Shown one piece after another: positions 1-13,336 of a DNA stretch of 64,000 nt. The notes under the pieces are model-generated. The model was not told the DNA's origin, did not search any database, and was given only the letters and a program-made list of their open reading frames with translations. Source of the stretch: Phallusia mammillata (lineage: Eukaryota); contig OZ281501.1 in assembly GCA_965637545.1 (NCBI GenBank), positions 13,702,001 to 13,766,000 of the forward strand, in the 5' to 3' direction. The first letter of the stretch is position 1. The number at the start of each line of letters is the position of its first letter. Position numbers and translations under genes: made by a program.

Positions 1-66
1 TGCTTGAAATGATTTATCGTCAGACGTTCAATAACACTGAAGTCACGAAAGGTTTATGTTCTATAG

Positions 67-3000
67 TTGTATTCCTGGAGCATGGAGGTGTAACCACTAC
101 GACAACTGTGGCGACAATTCGGATGAAGTGGGTTGTCCAGCGATTCCCTGTCCAGAAGGTTTGTTATAGCCTGATATATCGAATTACTGTATTAAGCGTA
201 AACCCAAATTGATCCTTTGCAAGGCTTTAAACAAGATGTTTAAGTTTCTTTGCCTTGACAAGCCGTTTTTGTGTAAATATGATTGATTACATTTTTTGGG
301 GGGCATAAACAGATTGAACTAACATGCACCAAACCAGTGATGTTCAAAAATATCCAATAACTGCATTTACAAAAAAGACATATAGTCGCCAATTTTAGTT
401 CAGTTTATTTGATTATGAAAAAAAATGCTTAACTCATTATGGTGATACCAAAGAATGTAAACGTTCCATGGTAAAATATGTTATTTCAAATTAAAAACAC
501 GTTGTACTTTCTAAACTACATGTTAGGCACATTCAACTGTACATCTGGTCATTGCGTCCCATCTGATGTGGTTTGCGATGGTTCAAGAGATTGTTTGGAT
601 GCAAGCGACGAGGCAAAATGCGAACCCAGATTCCCTGATGGAAAGTACTGTCCACCAAATCTGTTTGAATGCAACAACCATGTTTGTGTTAGCAACCAGT
701 AAGTGCTTAAAAACGGGGAAAAATTGTTTGTGGTTGGCAAAAACGTCACTTGCTGATTTCATCACGAAACATGCACACTTCTGTTACTTATCTGTAAATG
801 GTATTTTTTAAACAACTTGGCTAACCTCTGGACTCAATTAAACCAGGGCATTTCAACCTTTTTTCTACGCGACTTACAAAAATGCACACTAATTTTGTAA
901 CAAAAAGCGTATTCTTGGGCGCTATTGAAAATCCCCCTCATTCAAATAAACGCAATTGTGGGCAAGTTGAAACAGCATCCTCTTTGACCTATTACGCATG
1001 CATATGGCGTTTTTACCAATTTTTTTCATTTTATACGAACTATGTGTTCTGCTTTTCAGCCTTCGTTGCGACGGTATCAACGATTGTGGCGACCAAAGTG
1101 ACGAAACACCTGCTGTTTGTGGTAAGTACAATTCGCGTTACCAAGATATGTACATTTATTTATTTTAATATCTGTCTTTCTAAGTTAGCTTTTTTGTGAA
1201 TTGGTATGGAAGTGTACAGATTTAATTACCAAATTGATATGCAGGCGAATCTGGTTTACAACATAACCAATTGCCTAAGCTTTTTATGCAAGTTACTGGA
1301 TTAGACGAATATCCAGGCAATTTTCTCAACAAATGACTTAGAATTTACGATCCATATGCAATTAGACAGATTATGCGATTAACTGGATTCGTTTGTTTTG
1401 CATTTTTATGCAGCTACATGTTAAAGGCACTAACAAAGTTTCATAAAAACCCTTTTTTGTCAAAGAACAAATCGAGTGCGAACTTCCTTATTTCCGTTGC
1501 ACGAGTTCCCGAATTTGTTTATTCGGCTCCAAAGTTTGCGATGGAATTGACGATTGCACGCGAGATGGTGGTGCCGTTGACGGAAGTGACGAAGCGATCG
1601 AATTGTGCCATGCCCCTACACCTGACTACCAGTGCAGGTTTGAATAATTAGAAATACTTAACAAGAAACAATCAAGCCATAATATTTGTAAAAAATATGG
1701 TTTCGGCAATTCTTATCCAATTTCCGAAAAATCAGATATTTCGAAACGGTATGTGTTTTGTTTCAAAGTAAATGGCTTGTAAATTGTTTACCTACATAAA
1801 TGTTGGAAAAAACTACAAATACAATCGATGTAATGTGTTCAAATGAACCAAACACTCTGTGTTATGTCATTTGTGCGAAGTGTTTAAATTATGCACACAG
1901 TATAGCCAATTCAAAGTGTGCTGCAAAATATATTAAAAGTTTTGTACTGGTAGAAAGGTTTCGTATGTTCCAAAACTAGTGAAAACCTTAATAATAAAAT
2001 AAAGGTTGACACAAGGCGACGAAAAACAAAAACGTTCATAAAAAAATACATTTTCCCATTCTCAGTACTGTCCATATATAGTGCTATGAGCACTAAGCAA
2101 TATAAGATATACATACAACACGTGTGCATTTCTTAGATTTGTTTATACTGCGATTAGATTATATTCTGTATGTTCCACTTTGTACTTACATCATGGTTTT
2201 GATTTCAGTGCCGGACAATACAAATGTTTCAACAACAAATGTATTGACGAGATGCAAGTTTGTGACGATTTTGACAATTGTGGAGACCGAAGCGACGAAG
2301 ATGGCTGTCGTAAGTGTTAATAATTAGGGTACCCTTTTTAAGCAAAAAAAAAAACGCTGTAAAATGCAAACATTGAAGCTCCTTTATAGATAAAAAGTGT
2401 CATCCGCTTAGCGGTTGGACGTTGTCAATGATTTCTTTCCAATTCTGTCGGTTCGAGCAGCATCGAATTAACTCTGCTAGTAATGTACATTGCATGTTTT
2501 ATTCGCTCGTATTACAGTATTTGCCTCCCTGTTGATCTCTTGGCATAGGGTCGTGAAAATAAAATATAAAACTACTGACTGTTAAAACCACTATAAACTG
2601 TTGAAAACACCTATGGTGCAACACATCTCTTTCGTAAAGATAGTTAATGTTTGTTTTACAGACAAAGGAGACACAGATTACACCTGCGACATGATGCCAT
2701 GTGAACAAAACTGCAGTAACATTCCATCACAAGGATCTAGACCTGGATATTATTTATGCTCCTGCAAAGACGGCTACAGGGTATCTTTGTTGCTTTTAAA
2801 TTTTCCTGAAAAATACAGTTTTCACTGATGAGCTGACCGTCATGAAATTGCCGAGATTTAGCACATAAAATCGTTGTTTTGGCCAGTTTTAGTAGTTGCA
2901 AATGAGCACCATTATTTGTGGATTTAGTGTGACTGTTTATAGCAAACTGACAGTACAACATTTTGCCAAATATATTACCGGTAACATTATTACAAAAACA

Positions 3001-6000
3001 GAATAAACAAAGCCCCTGAACATTTCCAATCTAATAGCCCAATTAAACCTGTTGGAAAAGAAATTTAAACCTTTAAATTTGCTTTAAAAAGGGGACATAT
3101 TGGGCTCCACGATGTAGTGTGCTATATGCAGTGGCCAAAGTGTAACTGTGATCAAAAAAAACTAATACTATATCGTTGGTTATGGTTGCATATCATTGTT
3201 TGTGCTTAGGTTGATGCTGCTGACAGTCACGCGTGTAAGGACGTTGATGAGTGTATTCAGAACTGGGCAAGTTGTGCACAGATCTGCAATAACTTGAAAG
3301 GCTCATTTGAATGTTCGTGTGTCGATGGATACGAAGACAGTGGACTTAACGAGTGCTCAGCGCAAGGTATACAAGAATATGATTGATTTCATGATAAAAC
3401 TCCATTAGGCAACCGATGCCAATAGTTTAACATGTTATGTTCTTTTTGTGCCATTCTCTTTTGATTTGTTGGTTTCTAGAATACAAATAAATACTAATTA
3501 TGCAGCAAAACACAGATAAGTTGGCTTATTTGTCATGGTACTGACTACAAACTACCTTTATTTGTGTGGTTGTTGAATTCCTTCAAAATTTTAGTTCTAA
3601 GCAAAGATACAATCATATACTACTGTACACAAAATTTTGGCCCCTATTTGATTTATAGTTAACTGGCTTTGTTTTAGCCACAGTGTAAAAATCTTGAACA
3701 CTTGGTGGCGGAAAGTGGACAACACACTCGTTGCTTCACTTTATTTCTTTGCCAAATTGGGCAGGAACTTGACTGAATGGTCTAGCACGCCTGACCCATA
3801 TACAGACATAAAAAAATAAATATTTCTTTGCCAAAACTTCTAATGCTTTAAAAAACGTCAATGTTTTCAACGTTAAATCTCAATCATAGGTACCTCTGTG
3901 CTGTTTGTATCCGACGGCTTGTTTTTGAAAACGTACGACCCCGCAATGGACGTCGAAGGTCAGATTATTGACAAACAAGTGAGGATGAGCGCATTGGATT
4001 ACGCTTATGCACCAGACAACAGCAGCATAGTTTTGTGGACTGACACGTCAAGTTCTTCGTCAGGTATAGGCTTTCAAAAAATCATGAAAAAGTGAAAAGC
4101 TGTCCTACCGTAATTTACTAGATTCGATTTGAAAAGCGGACCAATAAATCCGAAAAGTCCTAATATTAATTACTTTGACCTAATACTGACTAGTATGAAA
4201 TAAGTTATTGCTCCCAGGCATAATGTATAAACGAGTATTGCCTTCATACAGTTTTAAGTAATCGACGTTTCGACGTCCCATACAAGACGCTTTCATCAGG
4301 ATTGGACGTCGAAACGTCGATTATTTGCAATCAAATTGACTAATATTGTTTACATCGAAGGGTATAATAATTTGTTTTATTGCTGCATGATTTTGCAACA
4401 CCAAATTTATAGGCAAGTTTTTCCATGCAAACATATCGTTAGCGTTCTTAAAGACACTTCACTTGTCATTAATGAGCGTTCTAGCTGCCTTGGTCGCTAA
4501 AACCTTGACAATTATTTCCAATTAACTGCGCAGGAACTGTCAATACACGAGCATCAGGTCCAACGATTTACCGCAGTGCAGTTCCATACCTTGATTCAGT
4601 CTCAAGCAACCTGGGTATGCCTCAAGCTCTAAACATCGAAGGCCTGAAAGAACCAAACGGCCTCGCTGTTGATTGGGTGACTGGGTAAGTAAGGTGGAAA
4701 TTAACTACAATTGCTGTTGCGTGGCTCCTTACGAACGATGGACTTTAATAAACTGTTAGGTGTTTTACAGAATTAAGTGGCAAACATAGGTACAGATTGT
4801 TAGTTGTACCGAAATGTATGACAGAAATATATCAAAACGCTTATGATCTAAAAGCAAATATATATATACATATATATAGGAATACGTGATAAAATAATTA
4901 AGTATTATAACTAAATGGTATGACTTTAGATTAGATAAAACTGTCAAAACCTTGCATGTTAAGTTATCTTTATCAATTATTTATATTGATTGTTGTGGCC
5001 AAAAATTTAGAATTTTGCATTTTTATTTAACGTAAAAACAACTACTCCAATGTTATTGTGAAGTAACAAAGCTACTTTGCCATATTCGTATGTTTAGTGT
5101 GCTGTACTGGACCGATGCCACAGCCGGTCAGATTGCAGTTTCTACATTAGATGGGCGATACAGAAAGACTATCGTGGATTCACTGAACGTGCCACATGCC
5201 ATTGTTGTAAACCCTAAAAGAGGGTAAGTTAAACTAGAGTGGATTTTCTAAGTTGAACATAAATACATGTCTAGGATCAACCCTAAAGCTTTCATGCCAA
5301 CTAGCGATAACGGCACACTCATAAAAGAACCATAGTACGCCAGGCCTAAATAAAGGCGTTGAACCGAAACTAGTCGGGCTTACAAACATTCCATATGGCA
5401 AGGAATAAACTAGAAAAAGACTTCTGCCGTGGCTCCGAATCCCACCGCAGGATAGATTTTTATTCCTAATACGGGAATGCCTGGGAGACCATCTCGATTC
5501 GGTACATTTTGCCTGGCGAATTATATGTGTATATATTTCATCTAATTTTTCTTGGGAATCTTGAACAAAATACTAAAATGGAACATTGCTTCAAACGTAG
5601 AACCGAGAAAGTTAACTCACTCAAAATTAAAACAGATAATGATGCAAAGGGGTTAAGGTGTTGTTACGCCTCCATTGATAGAAATGAAACAAAGTGCAAA
5701 TCAACAAATTTAATACAGGGTGCTGTTTTGCCTTTGGGTCCAAAGTGAGTTATCAATAGTTAAATGTGACATACCACCAATATTTGGTTCATTGTCACCA
5801 TCACGCATTTTTTAGATGAAAAAATAACGCATATATTTTAGAATCATGTTTTGGTCAACTGTGGGATCAGATCCTGGAATATTCCGTGCTCATATGGACG
5901 GAACGAGCGTTAAGCAATTGAGTGGTTTTGTGGTCGACTACCCGACTGGTCTCGCAATCGACTATTACCACTACGAACGGTAGGTGTTGGGTAAATCATG

Positions 6001-9000
6001 TGAATTTTTTTGACTTACAAAAAGGAAATAAAAGGATAGCTGATTAGAAAACGTCCGAGAGAGCTTCACGGAAATGACATGTTTAAAGCTTAAACTTCAT
6101 GATAAATGGTTTCATTTTCGTCTTTTAGGATACAAAACACTATAAATATTTCAACTACCCAGTACCTAAAATCATAACAATAATACAACAAACAAACTGT
6201 TTTCTGATGCGTGCGTAAACACTTAACCTCATAGGCAAAATTCTCGCAAAAATCTCAATTTGAATTTTCTGAAAAGTTACCATGTTTATTATTGTGTTTT
6301 AGACTTTATATCAGCGATGAACGTGCTGATATGATTCTGACAACAGATCGACATGGTGGTGATCCACAATTCGTTGTCCGTGGAAGTAAGTGTAAATTTT
6401 TATTTCGAATTGAAACAATTGTCGCTAATTGCATATGCAACTAACTGGAATATGCGATTAACCAGAAGTATGTACCAGTAAAATGATATACCACATAACA
6501 CGTTTTAAGGGTAACAATGTTAGGGTTATCGTTTTGCATTAGAAAAGGAACAATCATTACATACCGAATTCAACCTTTATATCCAGCATAAGGTAACAAT
6601 AATAAACCAATTAGTTTATGGGCACATTGCTTTGTTGTTTTCCAAATAAGCCTGTTATTTTACTTAACTGTTACTAATATACAACTTGCTTTGATTTTTG
6701 CAGATCTTAGAAATCCACGTTCTATCGACATTTTCGAAAACAATTTGTATTGGACGTCGAAGATTGATGGTGCTGTCTACCGACAAGATAAACTTGGCCG
6801 TGGAGCAAGAACGCCTGTTCAATCCGGATTTTATGACCCATCTGATGTCAAGGTCTTCCATCCGTCACGATACGACAGATCAAGTAAGTTTATGCTGACT
6901 TATTAGGTGCTTTGTTTGGAAAAAGCTTGTTAGGTTTAATGTTGGATGCGGTGTTTACTGTACCCGCTAAAAATCTAAATAGCTGTGTGATAGAAATAGG
7001 CTAGACTAGACGCTCTCTGTTAACAGTTTACCCTGGAAACAAAACGCATAATTTAGAACAAGCTAGGCACTTTATAGACCTTAATTGTTGTTTTTTACAC
7101 TACTTTTTGCCATATCTGGCTTTAAAACGAAAGGGTACAGTCACTTTTTGAATTTTGTAGCACATTTTCAGAAATTTAAATGTTGTTTCAAGCATTTCGC
7201 CTGCACAAATAGTTTAATAAGTAAATTTGCTCATAGGCTTCAAACAAACAATATAAATATCAAGGACCTATGGAGTGCGTGAAATTCCAACATCAATAAA
7301 ATCTTTGTTTACAGTCTATGATCTATAACACATTTATTATTTTCATTAACAGTTCCTCAGCGTTGCAAGACTTACGCAAACGGCGACAGTTCATCATGCA
7401 GTCACTTGTGCTTGTTAAGACCCAACAGTTATTCGTGTGCATGTCCTGACGGCGACTCATTCCAACCCAACAGCGCCTCCCAGTGCCAGGGTGCGCATAA
7501 GATTTCTCTTCCCCTACCTCAAGTTTGCCAGTGTCGCAACGGTGCCACTTGTTCTTACGACGAAACCTCAACTCCGATATGCAAGTAAGATTCAAATCAA
7601 TGTGCGGTTTGGGACAAAGCTTGAAATCACCTATTTGTTTCTCTTTAACGGTAACCTAGCTAATAGTTTGTTAGCTACAAAAGGCCCAAAGTGTAGGTCT
7701 TTGTTACAATTATTATTTCATTTTTTGGTGCCTATGGAGTTGCTGAAATACTTAAATCTTCCATAGCTTGGCGTACATGGATTTATTTGCAAATGTACGG
7801 TTATCGTTGGTCTTATTTTAATGAGTATATATTAATAGTTGCTGCTTAATTTTTAATCCAGGGGTCGGTAACTTATTTGTTACGTCGAAATAACAATTAT
7901 GTCAGCATTTTTTATTGTAATAGTAGTTTTTGCCAGCTAATTTGAAACGCGATTAGAAAGCAGATCGATTCTGTTACGTGTAGACTGTTGTTTTTTCGCG
8001 TATTTAACTTATGACAACCAAAAAAATAATGATTTTTATCTTATCAAACTGTACTGAAATGTGATCTCGAAACATTAACTTGGCGTGTCATAAAAAAAGC
8101 TTGCGTGCCAGACATTGCTGTCCTCTTTCTTATTTAAAGCATGTAATCTTTACATTGTAAAGGCTTCACAGTTCACGGTATGTTTTTACGTGCAGTTGTC
8201 CACCAGATTATTTTGGCACTTTTTGTGAGAACAAAGGGGTAATCCCCACCGGGGGAAGCGGAAGCGATTTGAGCCAAGGAGGTAAAATAATGTGACATAA
8301 AATAAAAGAGAAATGCAGTTTGTATTTGAAAAATAAAATTAAAACCTTAATGAGCATTGCTTTTCTTGACAACTTATTCATTTTTTACAAGCTATCGCCG
8401 GAATCATCATAGGAGTTATCGCAGTTATTATTCTCGCTGCTGTTGCATTCTACACCATGAGATCAAAGAAATCTGGGTAATAAGAAAAATACTATGTTAA
8501 CAATCTTACATTTTGCGGCAATACATTACAACTTTTGATACTTTGTAGCCAGAACACTTACAAGTTTAATTTAGCATGAGTTAGTAGTAAGTCATTTGCC
8601 AGACTTGGTTTATTGGTTGATATAATGAATGCCTATTACTATTAATGGATGCATTTTATCTGACAAATAAGGGAATGAGTTAAATTGAGTTTATTTTTTG
8701 CTTGATTGTGAAAGGCAACATAGCGTCACAATGGCACTAAACAACCACCAAGCCGGACATAACCGGACTACGAGTTATGAATCAATGTGCACTATTTCAT
8801 TACGAAACAGGTCTTTAACTCATGAAAATATTGTACTGGTTTGTTAACGCATGTTTATATATGAACAGATCTTCTATGTGTCCCTCCGTCTCTGTTCCGT
8901 CATACAGTTTTAACAAAAGCTCATCGGCATCCAGCGCATTCGATAATCCAGTCGCTTATAATGCGAAAATGGATGCTGCTGACAATCCGGACAACCTGAC

Positions 9001-10071
9001 CAGCGGCAACGAATACGCAACTGTCAATGTTCGTCATTTTATCTATTTTATTGTTTATTTTAAACGTTATTTTCCCCGTCAAGGGTTGATCTTAAAATTA
9101 TTTTAACAAGATACTTTTCAAGTCCATGTTTGTTGGTTACAGGAACGCTCAGAGAATAATACAAGTAATTTTTTAGAAAGAGATTTCTATGTGTACAAAC
9201 TAGAGATGTGCCAAAACTGCAAATGTTCTGTTTGGTCGAACACCGAGCATCTCGCTTTAATGCTCGGTACTCGGCCGAGCACGCTCGGTGCATTATGACG
9301 TCACAAAAAAACCCTTTTCTACGTTTTAGCTCTACAAGGCATCTTACGTCACCGGCGGTGTTTTATTAAGCTGTACATGCCCATAAACTACGCGCTTTTC
9401 CACCATCTAGTGCGTTTGAAAAATCATTCGTTTTTGTTCATAGACACCCTTTAGAACACTAGTTACATAGGTTAGCAGGGCATGAATATGCAAATTTAAC
9501 GCCCGGGTCAGTTTGTGCAACTGCTCGGCCGAGCACCGAGCATTAAAAACAGCGATGCTCGGTACCGAGTACTCGGGTTCTGGCTCGGCTCGGCCCATCC
9601 CTAGTACAAACCGTTGATTAATCTGCAAATTTTGCTTGCAGGTTGGCGGAACCAGATCCTTTGAAAACCCTGGGTATAGCTCCGTGGTAAGTCATTGTCA
9701 ACTAATGCCCCATGATACCAACGTTTGTTTAGTAAACATTCAGCTTATTGCTGTTAAACGTGTATTTTTATAAAGCAGCAAAGGTGTTTTCAATAAGATT
9801 CAATAATTAGCTGTGTTCTTTTATTTTCAACAATTCTTTACGATAAAAAATGAGATTTGACTTTTTTTCTCATTCTGTGTGTACATTTACACTGCTACTC
9901 TGTGCTTTTATGGCGAATTTTATTTCGTAGAGAAAACCACCAGCGGGCGTTAAAGATACGTCGGATCTCCATGCAATGAAAGCTGGTTACAGCAACCCGA
10001 GTTATAAGGGACATCGCAGTGGAGACGGTGCTGAGTTAGTTGGCAACGAACATGGCGACTCGACCGCTTAG
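67..10071 (+). CDS. LRP2: Low-density lipoprotein receptor-related protein 2 (megalin), 3' part only (last ~824 aa; the gene starts upstream of the window)
   Basis: 19 GT-AG exons join in frame: 67-158, 527-698, 1060-1121, 1466-1637, 2209-2309, 2662-2780, 3210-3366, 3890-4063, 4534-4684, 5098-5223, 5842-5979, 6303-6385, 6704-6883, 7353-7584, 8196-8281, 8392-8476, 8869-9028, 9642-9686, 9931-10071 (TAG). Domain order: LDLa repeats (CDG..DC.D.SDE), two EGF, a YWTD propeller (LWTD, VDWVTG, LYWTD, MFWS, LYIS, LYWTS), EGF ([17 protein letters not shown]), EGF, TM ([23 protein letters not shown]), and a tail with FENPGY and NPSY. The RFPDGKYC and CSHLCLLRP segments and this order match vertebrate megalin as I recall it. 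Confidence 0.95.
4260..4303 (-). ncRNA. Minimal type I hammerhead ribozyme-like motif (Penelope-like element/retrozyme type) in LRP2 intron 8
   Basis: The minus strand reads aatc-CTGATGA-aagcgtcttgtatgggacgtc-GAAACGTC-gatt. This gives stem I aatc/gatt, the CUGAUGA and GAAA cores, stem II gcgtc/gacgt, a palindromic ACGU stem III and a GUC cleavage triplet ending at 4264. It sits inside a 19-bp inverted repeat spanning 4260-4322. Confidence 0.6.
7859..8126. mobile_element. Degraded hAT-like MITE remnant (LRP2 intron 14)
   Basis: Starts CAGGGGTCGGTAACTT, resembling a hAT terminus. Ends gcgtgccagacattgctgtcctct, a decayed match to the expected right end. No TSD was recovered. Confidence 0.35.
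9201..9603. mobile_element. hAT-family MITE, 403 bp (LRP2 intron 17)
   Basis: Termini TAGAGATG...CATCCCTA. Imperfect TIRs of ~80 bp with repeated ctcgg/ccgag motifs. Perfect 8-bp TSD GTACAAAC at 9193-9200 and 9604-9611. Confidence 0.9.
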
Positions 10072-10300
10072 CTAAATAGGATGGACTTGAACCTTACTAC
10101 AACGACCACGACTTACGTTTTGTTTTACTTTTTTGTTTTATTTTACTTGTAATTCCTTTTACTTTTTAATGCCTGCCAATCAACCTGCATTCGAGCCTTT
10201 TGTTTGCAAATACAACAAGCAAGCTCAGGTGGTGTTATATGCTTCTCGGGTCTGACAGATTTTGAATGTTAGCACCAGGCATTGAGAGTGATGCATTACC

Positions 10301-10306
10301 AATAAA
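10301..10306 (+). terminator. Candidate polyadenylation signal for LRP2
   Basis: AATAAA about 230 nt after the stop codon. Motif only, in an AT-rich background. Confidence 0.4.
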
Positions 10307-13300
10307 ACAACTAATAAGATGAATGTAGCTGAGCAAGGTTAAAAGTTTAAAGGCTTAGTTACTGGGAAAAGGCCCATTGATGCTGGCCAGCCTTGTTTCG
10401 TGTTGTATTATCTTAATTCATCAAGACACATTTTTTAGTTAATAATATTGCTAGTCCAAGCTACGTTTAGAATTAGGAGCAAACAATTAAGGCACAGATT
10501 GGAAAAGCTGGTTTGGTCCTCAGTTTGTTTTTGCAGCAGCATAAATGGAGAGTAGAATTTGTTCCTTTACGTCTTGTCGTTTTGTTTCTATAATCTACTT
10601 TGTCAAGAAATTGCAACATTTCCACTGTGGCAGGGGCGAAAGTTCCTGATATCGCTACCCTCTTGGGGTTTGATTTGTAAACCAGGAGTTAGCATATTTT
10701 ACCAGACAACTGTTTTAACAGGTGCTCAAATTACTGCAACTGTAGCTTTTAAATAACAGGTGCTTTGTCAGTTAATTTGATCAAATTCGTTTGCTCAGAA
10801 GACCGAAACGCTGTAGCTTACAGGATGTCAAGTTTTCAAACAAAAGTCTAAAAATCATTTTTTATAGACTCTGTGAAACTGATAAGTTTTGATCCAGCTG
10901 AATTTTTTTAACTTAGCTGTTCTAAAATTTGAAACCCCGTGTAACTTGGGTGTTCTAAATATCTTGTTACGCTTGAATGCACAATGCCTTTGCCATGAAC
11001 GGCAATGGAAATGTCTTGAATTTGCTGATTTTTCGAATTCGCATTGCGCTTGAAAGAAAAAATCAACGCCCGAGCGCTTCGTGCCGAGGGAAAATCGGCG
11101 TGGCGCGCCCTTCAAATCTCACCGGTTTCAAGTGCTGTTACCTTACCACTGCACAGCATGACTTGTAGTAGGGTGCGCCTTTACAGGCCTCATTTCACCT
11201 GTTTAAAGGACTGGAGATTTCCAAACGCTAGTGGTATACAAATCACGACCCGTAAAGTATATTCTCAGGGTAGGTTTAAGAAACATATTATAAGTTTGTA
11301 CGCGGCTACATTACAGATATTAGCCAGTGTTTGTGTTGATGAAGGTTTGGCAGATACTGAGAATATCATTCTTTGTTTAAACAGATGTTTAGCAGTTGCT
11401 TATTTGACCACCAGATAAGGCACATGCCAATCTAAAGCCAGTTTCAATTTCAACCTGTACGCGTAAGAATTATGTGTCTTGGTTAAATAATAAACAGTTA
11501 TCAGTTTTAGACTGGACTGATAGCCTTCAATGGTTACGTGAGGTGCAGAAATGGTTTGTCGTCAATCATTAACGGTGGGCTTTTCTCTTTGTTATCGTGC
11601 GTCTGTAAACAGGCTAAGGGCTTTATAACTGTATTGACCGTAGAGAAGAACGTGTTTTGTGCCGCGCTAGGCCCTGAAACGCTGTGAATAAAAAACCTTC
11701 CCTTTCATTGGTACAATAGTTCCGCGGTTGAGCTGTGTCTGTCTGCCGAGACTGCACTGGGAGTTGTTTGTATGCAACCTGGTGTTATTGTCCATGCGTG
11801 CAGGTTGGTTTCTGTTGTAGGAGCATATACAGCAAGCAGCAGTATATTGACTATGTGAGGTACTACCAAATATAGAAAATTTTGCTACACGCAATTTCGG
11901 TAGATAGAATAGATAATTGATAAGTTCTTCTATTGAATTACTAATACCAACAGGTGTTCGGCACCTAAGGATGAAAGTACAGGTTTATAATTACCAGGAG
12001 CAATTGTAATAAAATTGACATTGTATGCAATTTGGTCATTTCTAAAGCACCAGAAACCTTGTTTCTAGCTTTACACTCTGCCCATTTCGAAAAGTTAGTT
12101 CAGTTGTGCCAAGTAATGTTTGGTTTTGGTCTCACTCAGACTCAATTTTGCCGCAGACCTCCCGAACAGGCGCAGAACAACCCGCTACCAAAGTTTGAGT
12201 ACCTCGTTACCAGCACTCAATAATCGCGTCTTATCACGGTTGAGGTTATTCAAGCAGGGCCATGTCACCTCGCATGGGGTACAGCTACACTTACAAATTC
12301 AAAGAACTAAGCTTTATGAAGATAAGCCATGTGGAAAACGCGCTGTTATTTCGTCGTATTGCTGATAGCAGACATTAATAATGGACACAAGAGGCTTGTA
12401 AGCAGCTTAACGGTAGCCGTTAAGAGAAGGGCTTTGAAGGCCTGCTGCTGTTTTGTTGTCCAAGGTTTGTGCAGTAACCTAATACGACGTTCTCTTGTCC
12501 TGGTGGCCGATCTACGTCGGAACTGTGTGAATATTTTATGATTTTAGTTTATGTGGATAACAACAGAAAAGGACGAGCGTTGACCAGACTTTGTTGAACA
12601 AGATTACATTCAAAGCTTACAAATTATATTTTTAGCATTTAGATTGTTTAACAACATTTATCTACGGCAGGAAACTGCTACGTAAGGTTGAGTGTAACAA
12701 TTCCAGCATTTCACAGTTGACTGTGATTCTGTACTGGGCTTTGTTTACTTAAGGCTCGTATGTCGCACTGCTTTGCGAATTGCCAGTCATACTTGACCGC
12801 ATTTTCGGGGTTCTTTTAAACGAAGTCAAGTACTTGTGTAGTGTATCAGATTGGCCCCGACATACTACTAAGCGGTGAAAAAGCATCGCTATGATTGCTC
12901 GGCGGACCGTGACTGACTGAGAGTTTGTTTTCAAAATACAGGCAATTTGTAACTTGTCTGACTACCAGCAATGTATTTGTATGGTACAGAATACAGATAG
13001 ATGCCTTGGAGTTTGTAGAAGAAAAGTGCAACATATTGAATACAACAGATATTTTGTTGTGCCTAAATGACATTTCATACGTTAAAACCATTTTTTTCGA
13101 AAGTGTAATGTAGCAATATTTAAAGTCCCGTCTTGTTGTTACCTACTCCCAGCTTATTTAGCTAGTGTGTTACATTTAGCCGTTTAACTGTGGAACGTTG
13201 TTGAATCATCCCTTTCTTTCTGTTTAGACTTAAGTTAACAGCGAAAATGATTGGATAGGTTTACATAAATATTTTTGTACAGTGACAAAAATGTAAATGT

Positions 13301-13336
13301 AGGGCATCAAAATTCCCGCATTGGACAAGAACAGAT

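Noticed and set aside
2781-3209. LRP2 intron 6 donor GTATCTTT resembling a U12 5' splice site
   Set aside because: No TCCTTAAC-type branch site near the acceptor, so it is treated as U2.
5425-5460. tRNA B-box-like GGCTCCGAATCCCACCGC
   Set aside because: Degenerate, with no A-box or cloverleaf. At most a decayed tRNA-derived SINE fragment.
12400-12480. Minus-strand peptide WTTKQQQAFKAL resembling the Gypsy RT-RNase H connection motif
   Set aside because: No flanking RT or RNase H motifs; a short chance resemblance.
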